In this document: in pieces, positions 1-8,900 of the stretch
Layout: every line of letters starts with the position of its first letter
How positions within the stretch are numbered: position 1 is the stretch's first letter
DNA from: Auanema rhodensis
Lineage: Eukaryota > Animalia > Nematoda
Direction of reading: 5' to 3'
Length of the DNA stretch: 64,000 nt
NCBI GenBank assembly: GCA_964057225.1
Contig: OZ059895.1
Coordinates: 13,144,001 to 13,208,000, forward strand
Program-made: the position numbers and the translations under genes
The notes under the pieces: model-generated
Database searches by the model: none
What the model was told of the DNA's origin: nothing
What the model saw: only the letters and a program-made list of their open reading frames with translations

Positions 1-373
1 CGTAAGCGAAAATACCTGATATTCAATGATTTACATACTTATCCTCGTTATTGTTTTTTTTCCAATTTCATGTTAGTTATGTAATTTTCTACGTTACATC
101 TAAATTCCTCGATGATATCAAATCTTATGAGCTCCAAATACAATAAATTAAAAAAGGTTTCACAGTTGTATAGTGTTAAAACAATGTTTGTTTCAATAGG
201 AAATAGATAGAAACAGTAAAGTTAAGATGAAGGTTCATAAACTACTGGTTTATAACTGTAATATAGAAATAAGATTGAAGATATTTTGATGCCTTGGGTT
301 GAGCTATCTAAGTAAAACTGCTGGAAAATTAAAAACATTTGTTACGGAAGAGATAAAAATGAAAATCAGCTGC

Positions 374-402
374 ATTGCGTACTTTCAACGTGGTATGATC
401 GT
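374..402 (-). repeat. Partial direct duplicate of 5S nt 5-33 just downstream of the terminator (in each full unit)
   Basis: attgcgtactttcaacgtggtatgatcgt versus the gene copy atggcgtactttcaacgtggtatggtcgt at 504-532, an offset of 130 bp. Confidence 0.92.
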
Positions 403-403
403 T

Positions 404-418
404 AAAAAAATTTGAAAA
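404..418 (-). terminator. Pol III oligo-dT terminators (T4 followed by T7) after the 5S gene; present in every full unit
   Basis: Minus strand reads ...GTAAGC TTTT CAAA TTTTTTT immediately after the gene. Confidence 0.8.
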
Positions 419-536
419 GCTTACGGCACCCGGGATTCCCAAGCCGTCTCCGATCCAAGTACTAACCGGGCCCAACGTTGCTTGACTTGCCAGATCGGAC
501 GAGATGGCGTACTTTCAACGTGGTATGGTCGTAAGC
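418..536 (-). rRNA. 5S ribosomal RNA
   Basis: Reverse complement GCTTACGACCATACCACGTTGAAAGTACGCCATCTCGTCCGATCTGGCAAGTCAAGCAACGTTGGGCCCGGTTAGTACTTGGATCGGAGACGGCTTGGGAATCCCGGGTGCCGTAAGCT, 119 nt, with the eukaryotic 5S motifs CCGATCT, GTTAGTACTTGGAT and TGGGAA; close to C. elegans 5S as I recall it. Confidence 0.97.
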
Positions 537-902
537 GAAAATACCTGATATTCAATGATTTACATACTTATCCTCGTTATTGTTTTTTTTCCAATTTCAT
601 GTTAGTTATGTAATTTTCTACGTTACATCTAAATCCCTCGATGATATCAAATCTTATGAGATCCAAATACAATAAATTAAAAAAGGTTTCACAGTTGTAT
701 AGTGTTTAAACAATGTTTGTTTCAATAGGAAATAGATAGAAACAGTAAAGTTAAGATGAAGGTTCATAAACTACTGGTTTATAACTGTAATATAGAAATA
801 AGATTGAAGATATTTTGATGCCTTGGGTTGAGCTATCTAAGTAAAACTGCTGGAAAATTAAAAACATTTGTTACGGAAGAGATAAAATTGAAAATCAGCT
901 GC

Positions 903-935
903 ATGGCGTACTTTCAACGTGGTATGGTCGTAAGC
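903..935 (-). pseudogene. Truncated 5S (nt 1-33 only), representative of ~45 short units
   Basis: The 5S 5' end runs straight into spacer (GCAGCTG...). The unit is 130 bp shorter and lacks the internal A box/IE/C box promoter. Confidence 0.9.
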
Positions 936-1344
936 GAAAAAATCTGATATTCAATGATTCACATACTTATCCTCGTTATTGTTTTTTTTCAATTTCATGT
1001 TAGTTATGTAATTTTCTACGTTACATCTAAATTCCTCGATGATATCAAATCTTATGAGCTCCAAATACAATAAATTAAAAAAGGTTTCACAGTTGTATAG
1101 TGTTAAAACAATGTTTGTTTCAATAGGAAATAGATAGAAACAGTAAAGTTAAGATGAAGGTTCATAAACTACTGGTTTATAACTGTAATATAGAAATAAG
1201 ATTGAAGATATTTTGATGCCTTGGGTTGAGCTATCTAAGTAAAACTGCTGGAAAATTAAAAACATTTGTTACTGAAGAGATAAAATTGAAAATCAGCTGC
1301 ATGGCGTACTTTCAACGTGGTATGATCGTTAAAAAAATTTGAAA

Positions 1345-1463
1345 AGCTTACGGCACCCGGGATTCCCAAGCCGTCTCCGATCCAAGTACTAACCGAGCCC
1401 AACGTTGCTTGACTTGCCAGATCGGACGGGATGGCGTACTTTCAACGTGGTATGGTCGTAAGC
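1345..1463 (-). rRNA. 5S ribosomal RNA
   Basis: 119-nt copy carrying the C68T variant. Confidence 0.95.
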
Positions 1464-1872
1464 GAAAATACCTGATATTCAATGATTTACATACTTATCC
1501 TCGTTATTGTTTTTTTCCAATTTCATGTTAGTTATGTAATTTTCTACGTTACATCTAAATCCCTCGATGATATCAAATCTTATGAGATCCAAATACAATA
1601 AATTAAAAAAGGTTTCACAGTTGTATAGTGTTTAAACAATGTTTGTTTCAATAGGAAATAGATAGAAACAGTAAAGTTAAGATGAAGGTTCATAAACTAC
1701 TGGTTTATAACTGTAATATAGAAATAAGATTGAAGATATTTTGATGCCTTGGGTTGAGCTATCTAAGTAAAACTGCTGGAAAATTAAAAACATTTGTTAC
1801 GGAAGAGATAAAATTGAAAATCAGCTGCATTGAGTACTTTCAACGTGGTATGATCGTTAAAAAAATTTGAAA

Positions 1873-1991
1873 AGCTTACGGCAGGCGGGATTCCCAAGCC
1901 GTCTCCGATCCAAGTACTAACCGGGCCCAACGTTGCTTGACTTGCCAGATCGGACGGGATGGCGTACTTTCAACGTGGTATGGTCGTAAGC
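1873..1991 (-). rRNA. 5S ribosomal RNA, GG107-108CC variant
   Basis: 119-nt copy; plus strand ggcaggcggga instead of ggcacccggga. Confidence 0.9.
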
Positions 1992-2799
1992 GAAAATACC
2001 TGATATTCAATGATTTACATACTTATCCTCGTTATTGTTTTTTTTCCAATTTCATGTTAGTTATGTAATTTTCTACGTTACATCTAAATCCCTCGATGAT
2101 ATCAAATCTTATGAGATCCAAATACAATAAATTAAAAAGGTTTCACAGTTGTATAGTGTTTAAACAATGTTTGTTTCAATAGGAAATAGATAGAAACAGT
2201 AAAGTTAAGAGGAAGGTTCATAAACTACTGGTTTATAACTGTAATATAGAAATAAGATTGAAGATATTTTGATGCCTTGGGTTGAGCTATCTAAGTAAAA
2301 CTGCTGGAAAATTAAAAACATTTGTTACGGAAGAGATAAAATTGAAAATCAGCTGCATGGCGTACTTTCAACGTGGTATGGTCGTAAGCGAAAAAATCTG
2401 ATATTCAATGATTTACATACTTATCCTCGTTATTGTTTTTTTTCCAATTTCATGTTAGTTATGTAATTTTCTACGTTACATCTAAATTCCTCGATGATAT
2501 CAAATCTTATGAGCTCCAAATACAATAAATTAAAAAAGGTTTCACAGTTGTATAGTGTTAAAACAATGTTTGTTTCAATAGGAAATAGATAGAAACAGTA
2601 AAGTTAAGATGAAGGTTCATAAACTACTGGTTTATAACTGTAATATAGAAATAAGATTGAAGATATTTTGATGCCTTGGGTTGAGCTATCTAAGTAAAAC
2701 TGCTGGAAAATTAAAAACATTTGTTACTGAAGAGATAAAATTGAAAATCAGCTGCATTGCGTACTTTCAACGTGGTATGATCGTTAAAACAATTTGAAA

Positions 2800-2918
2800 A
2801 GCTTACGGCACCCGGGTTTCCCAAGCCGTCTCCGATCCAAGTACTAACCGGGCCCAACGTTGCTTGACTTGCCAGATCGGACGGGATGGCGTACTTTCAA
2901 CGTGGTATGGTCGTAAGC
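2800..2918 (-). rRNA. 5S ribosomal RNA
   Basis: 119-nt copy carrying the T102A variant. Confidence 0.95.
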
Positions 2919-3328
2919 GAAAATACCTGATATTCAATGATTTACATACTTATCCTCGTTATTGTTTTTTTTCCAATTTCATGTTAGTTATGTAATTTTC
3001 TACGTTACATCTAAATCCCTCGATGATATCAAATCTTATGAGATCCAAATACAATAAATTAAAAAAGGTTTCACAGTTGTATAGTGTTTAAACAATGTTT
3101 GTTTCAATAGGAAATAGATAGAAACAGTAAAGTTAAGATGAAGGTTCATAAACTACTGGTTTATAACTGTAATATAGAAATAAGATTGAAGATATTTTGA
3201 TGCCTTGGGTTGAGCTATCTAAGTAAAACTGCTGGAAAATTAAAAACATTTGTTACGGAAGAGATAAAATTGAAAATCAGCTGCATTGAGTACTTTCAAC
3301 GTGGTATGATCGTTAAAAAAATTTGAAA

Positions 3329-3447
3329 AGCTTACGGCAGGCGGGATTCCCAAGCCGTCTCCGATCCAAGTACTAACCGGGCCCAACGTTGCTTGACTTG
3401 CCAGATCGGACGGGATGGCGTACTTTCAACGTGGTATGGTCGTAAGC
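3329..3447 (-). rRNA. 5S ribosomal RNA, GG107-108CC variant
   Basis: 119-nt copy. Confidence 0.9.
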
Positions 3448-4255
3448 GAAAATACCTGATATTCAATGATTTACATACTTATCCTCGTTATTGTTTTTTT
3501 TCCAATTTCATGTTAGTTATGTAATTTTCTACGTTACATCTAAATCCCTCGATGATATCAAATCTTATGAGATCCAAATACAATAAATTAAAAAGGTTTC
3601 ACAGTTGTATAGTGTTTAAACAATGTTTGTTTCAATAGGAAATAGATAGAAACAGTAAAGTTAAGATGAAGGTTCATAAACTACTGGTTTATAACTGTAA
3701 TATAGAAATAAGATTGAAGATATTTTGATGCCTTGGGTTGAGCTATCTAAGTAAAACTGCTGGAAAATTAAAAACATTTGTTACGGAAGAGATAAAATTG
3801 AAAATCAGCTGCATGGCGTACTTTCAACGTGGTATGGTCGTAAGCGAAAAAATCTGATATTCAATGATTTACATACTTATCCTCGTTATTGTTTTTTTTC
3901 CAATTTCATGTTAGTTATGTAATTTTCTACGTTACATCTAAATTCCTCGATGATATCAAATCTTATGAGCTCCAAATACAATAAATTAAAAAAGGTTTCA
4001 CAGTTGTATAGTGTTAAAACAATGTTTGTTTCAATAGGAAATAGATAGAAACAGTAAAGTTAAGATGAAGGTTCATAAACTACTGGTTTATAACTGTAAT
4101 ATAGAAATAAGATTGAAGATATTTTGATGCCTTGGGTTGAGCTATCTAAGTAAAACTGCTGGAAAATTAAAAACATTTGTTACTGAAGAGATAAAATTGA
4201 AAATCAGCTGCATTGCGTACTTTCAACGTGGTATGATCGTTAAAACAATTTGAAA

Positions 4256-4374
4256 AGCTTACGGCACCCGGGTTTCCCAAGCCGTCTCCGATCCAAGTAC
4301 TAACCGGGCCCAACGTTGCTTGACTTGCCAGATCGGACGGGATGGCGTACTTTCAACGTGGTATGGTCGTAAGC
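4256..4374 (-). rRNA. 5S ribosomal RNA (left neighbour of the retroelement)
   Basis: 119-nt copy; its 5' end lies ~227 bp from the 5' LTR. Confidence 0.95.
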
Positions 4375-4597
4375 GAAAATACCTGATATTCAATGATTTA
4401 CATACTTATCCTCGTTATTGTTTTTTTTCCAATTTCATGTTAGTTATGTAATTTTCTACGTTACATCTAAATCCCTCGATGATATCAAATCTTATGAGAT
4501 CCAAATACAATAAATTAAAAAAGGTTTCACAGTTGTATAGTGTTTAAACAATGTTTGTTTCAATAGGAAATAGATAGAAACAGTAAAATTAAGATGA

Positions 4598-4601
4598 AGG
4601 T
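4598..4601 (+). other. Target-site duplication AGGT (second copy at 16277-16280)
   Basis: Uninterrupted units read aagatga-AGGT-tcataaac; the left flank ends in AGGT and the right flank starts with AGGT. Confidence 0.9.
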
Positions 4602-4986
4602 TGTTCCATACATAACTTATAGAGAAGGCGGTTGACTACGTCAACCGACTTTAGTTTAATCAAATAAAATAAGAAACTAGAATTCGGAAGCTTTTTAGAA
4701 AAGATTCCACGGAATAAGGTGGAACGTAATTCTTTTTATACAAATTCATTCACTTTTTACATTCTATAGTTTGCTATATAAACCCGTAGAAAACACACTA
4801 AGGAGATCTTCTATCATGTAGTTTTAGACTTTAACTTTACTTGTTTGTAGTTTATAACATTTCCTATTGTAGTTTTCTCTATATAATAAAACGGTTGCTA
4901 ATTTAACTACTTGTTGAACAATGAAACCCTTGCACAAAATCCATCTGAAAACCCTAGTCGGAACCCTAGGGCAATCAAATGGAACG
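4602..4986 (+). repeat. 5' LTR (385 bp)
   Basis: TGTTCCAT...ATGGAACG. Identical to 15892-16276 except 4687 G/A and 4841 T/C. TATATAAA at 4775-4782, AATAAA at 4885-4890. Confidence 0.96.
4775..4782 (+). promoter_or_regulatory. Putative LTR TATA box
   Basis: TATATAAA in mid-LTR, upstream of an AATAAA, consistent with a U3-R-U5 layout. Confidence 0.55.
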
Positions 4987-5004
4987 TGGAGGTTCCACCG
5001 AGAT
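4987..5004 (+). promoter_or_regulatory. Primer-binding site, tRNA-Gln
   Basis: TGGAGGTTCCACCGAGAT directly after the 5' LTR is the reverse complement of ATCTCGGTGGAACCT-CCA, the 3' end of metazoan tRNA-Gln. Confidence 0.88.
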
Positions 5005-5570
5005 CCGTCTATAACGGACGGATCTCTATGGACCATTTCCGCTACTTTTCGAAATCCTTTTTGTATTCAAAATCTTTTATCCTTCATATCAAAACTTTAT
5101 ATAATATTCAAACTTCTATTTCTAAAATTGTCAATTTTATCTCCTAAATGTTACCCGAATTTTATCTTTACTTCATTCTTTCTTATTTTATTTCATACAT
5201 ATATATTAAAAGCATATAATGCATGAAAACTCTTTTGAAACAAACAAATCAAAACATTTATTGTCATAATCTATTTATAAAATACTTTAAAAACATTTAT
5301 TCATTATCATTTATAAGACATTTTCAAAAAAAAAAAAAAAAACTACCAAAACATATTCTTGAATCATCTATTTTTTTTTCTCTTCGTAAAACTTCCTATT
5401 CATAAACCATAAACTATTCTATTTATTCAAGCCCGTGAGAAACAATACCAGACTTTCTCGGGACATCGTGCGGAGGCGTACACTTTTGATATAAGACGCG
5501 CATTCATTTGAAATTAACCCTTTTTCGGTCCTATATGAGAATTACAAAACGTAATATTTTTTTGAAGTTA

Positions 5571-5870
5571 AGTGGTCCCACCTAGCAGAGCCCAGGGGAG
5601 CAGAAGCAACGTTAAAAGGGAACGTCTTCTGCGGGTTCGCTTAGGCACGAGAAGCCTGTGTACCTGATCTTGTCCATGACTGAAAAGGCACAATACACAG
5701 ACCACTGTCTCGCATCTCATGCCTCTTCGTGAGATAAGAACCCGGTCCTTTGCTAAGGTCACACGTAGTTGCGGACTCGTGTATGAACCTGACCAGGCTA
5801 TTCTCCGACTAGAGACCCGCTGCAGGCTGGCCCCCTGACAGAAATAGGAGTCGCGCATACCAACCCCATA
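5571..5870 (+). other. GC-rich structured leader element (candidate packaging/dimerisation signal or IRES)
   Basis: GC-rich island within an AT-rich leader, with nested complementary stems visible by eye (agtggt/accact, gagccc/gggttc, gcagaag/cttctgc, ctgtgta/tacacag, atctcatg/cgtgagat, ggtca/tgacc). Function is inferred. Confidence 0.5.
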
Positions 5871-5942
5871 TTGTTTCTTACGTTTGTATATATAAGCTCA
5901 GTCTTCGTTGGTTAATAATTTCCTTCCAGGAAACCAACAAAA

Positions 5943-8900
5943 ATGGCTGACACAGCGAATCAAAACCCTCCGCCGGGAAATAATACCCAAAACACTACAA
6001 ATAGCGAAGAGAATACCCAGACAGTGGAAGCAGCACTGCATAGAAACCAAAGAAAAAGAGGACCACCGGATGCATTTCGACCACATGCGAAACATCCGAA
6101 AACTAACGCTAAATCAAAGAAATTACCCCCCATTCCGGGCACACCGCTAACCGCTAAAAAACTTTATACAACTGCTATCAAAACTACTAGGCATGCGATA
6201 AGTTTGAATAAAAATAAAGCAACATCTAGTAAATCCACGCCCAAACGCTCTTCTCACTCTCCAAAAACAGTCATTGACACCGGCACTAACACTTATCTTC
6301 CAAATCACACTTCTCCTCAACGTCCTATTCAAACCGAAAACGCGGAAATCCTCACTTCTCCTATTCCTAAAAATTCCCCCTCTTCCACTGATCAATCTTT
6401 GCATGGGCACTCTCTGTCTCCTGTCTCTTCTTCGTCAGACAATAACATAAATTTGACTTCGAATGTTACAGAGCAGAGAAGTCGCCCTCAAATGGCAAAT
6501 CAGATGGAGCAAGATAATCCTCCTATCGCGAGAGCCAACAATGTTTCTATTCGCCATCATAAACCTACGCTTTATGATGGATCCGTACCATTCAATCTCT
6601 ACATGCAAAGACTAGAAGGATATTTTGATGCACTTCAAGTCCCTATTGCCGAGAGACTTTCCCATCTTTATCTACTTCTTGGAACGGACAGAGCCGCCGA
6701 AGCTCTGCAAACTATACCAGCAGAAGACTTACGCCAAGGATGGAACCACGTCAAACGTCTACTATCGGAGAAATTACAACCTCCAGAAAAGAGGGATGCT
6801 GCATTTACGAAACTCACCCATTTGAAACAAGGAGAAAACGAAACGGTACAAAATTTCGCGCAACGTTGCAGAAATCTCGCTTACGAATCATGCAACATGG
6901 ACTCAACAGCTGACGAAAGAATACTACGTGTTTCGTTCTTAGGAGGACTAAGAAAGACTTTAAGAACACACGTCAATAACCGCAGCCCTATAACCTTCGA
7001 TGCAGCTGTAACTATCGCCGAAACAGTAGAAGCCGACGAAGATCCGTCGCTACATATCAACAACTTGATCAAAAACGTGGAACAATTAGAGATCAATAAC
7101 GGTCTCATAAACCACATGAGAACCTCACAACAGGACAAAACCCATGACGAATCACAAACACACCAACCAAGAACGTTTTATGGAAATCAATCAAGACCAC
7201 AACGCCCACAGGAACAATGGAATCAAAGAAGAGGAGGATACCGCCCACCAAGATACCAGGACGACCGACAAAATAACCGTCCCAACTTCAGACAAGATAA
7301 CAGAAACAATGGATACCAACGAGGATACAACAGTTATCGTAGTCCTCAACGGTACGATAGATACAACGATCGATACGATAACAGAAGAAACGACCGATAT
7401 GATAACAGAGGAAACGATCGACATGAGCACAGAGGAAACGACCGATACAACCGCGGAAACTATCACGATCGCGGATTCCAACAAAGAAATCACAACACTT
7501 TGCATGGACAACATAACAGGTACAGAGATCGTACCAGAAGCCCTAGCGTTCGTTTTCACGTTAACAAAGTGGAGAAAGAAACAGGAAAAACAAGGAAGAC
7601 ACTTCCGTTCATACCGCTATTCTTATCCGTCATCGCTTTATCTTTGATACCCTGTCAGGCAGACAATACCTATCAACTCTGCATCGGCAAACGAGGAGGT
7701 ATTTTCCTCGAACCACCTCGACCAACAACCTGCTCAGACTATGCACACAAAGACGGAGTCAAGATAAAAACAGTGGAACTATTTGCAGAAAATATGAACT
7801 ACAAAGAATGGGAAGCATGGAAATGCTCCAAGGAAATCTATAAAGCTTGCGCCTACGACTTATTCTTCATCAGGGAAAACAACCTCACATTACTCCGAAT
7901 AGAACCAGCCACTCCACAAGAATGCAAAACAGCCATTCAAGAGAGACGACACACGGATAACAACCTCAATCGGGAAGCTCCAGGACTATTCAAAACTCCT
8001 ATGCCTACCAATACTCAATCAAAATCGTTCTGGTCATCCTCTTGCACAACAAAATCAAGATTCACATTAGAAAGAGGAATGATGACTAGCCTACACGATG
8101 ACACTATAATCTCCGACTTGTTTATCAACACTGAGGGATGCACTAAACAACAAGGTGTATGCAACACCACAAACGCAGTTATCACATGGATCCCACCCAA
8201 TAACCATCGAAATTGTGATTACACAACTTTAGGAAAATTCGAAGCACTAATCAATAATGATACTGTTATAATCTCGGAAATACAAGGAGCATTCATCCTC
8301 AACGACGACACGCCAGACCCTATTGCTACAAGATGTATGAATAAGAACATCTATTCAACTGACAGCGGTACGTACATTTCCATCAACGAGTTAAAACCCC
8401 GACGTCAAAAGAGAAAAGCACCACAGGAGTACCCTACGAGATTCTTCAACATCACTATCTATCAATCACTTCGCCTCACAGACAGTTCTACAGGATTACT
8501 ACCAATGTACCAAACATATCGAAATCGTAAAAGACTGGATAGTACCTATAACCTTATAGACTACCTCAAAACATCTAGCGTACACATAGGGCTCATCAAA
8601 TTCCTACAACTGGAAGCATCAAAACTAAAATATCGACTCTTATGGCACAACTACACCGATATCAACATGGTTATCCTACACACACTCGCAGAAGCCGAGA
8701 TTCGACTTTCCACAGAAATCGCCATTGAACATCTATTACCATCAGAAATTACGGCAAAACTCAGCAAGCAAATCACTATCAGCGACTTTGCCACACGATT
8801 ACTAAACCACAAAGGCGACTATCTCGAACGAGCAAGACAAATAGCACTCGAAATAGCACAGACACCTACAACTCTGGCTACAGGAGAAACTATTCCATCG

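Larger units (their letters stand above)
1..4601 (-). repeat. 5S rDNA tandem array, left part (529-bp full units and 399-bp truncated units, long-long-short pattern)
   Basis: Near-identical AT-rich spacer repeats. Full 5S genes at 418, 1345, 1873, 2800, 3329 and 4256 (lowest coordinate, 119 nt each); truncated 33-nt 5S heads near 903, 2357 and 3813. Confidence 0.97.

Noticed and set aside
1-417. Spliced-leader (SL1) RNA gene in the 5S spacer, as found in many nematodes
   Set aside because: No GGTTTAATTACCCAAGTTTGAG-like exon with a donor and Sm site on either strand; the ggtttataac and cccaag fragments are too short. A highly divergent SL would need a covariance-model search.
374-536. CRISPR-like short direct repeats (gtactttcaacgtggtatg)
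   Set aside because: The intervening sequences are themselves repeated and are 5S/spacer; eukaryotic context with no cas genes.
4924-4970. AACCCT motifs in the LTR resembling telomeric repeats
   Set aside because: Only three dispersed copies, not tandem.
4824-5858. Short ORFs in the LTR and leader
   Set aside because: No recognisable domains; they cross LTR/PBS boundaries and poly-A tracts.
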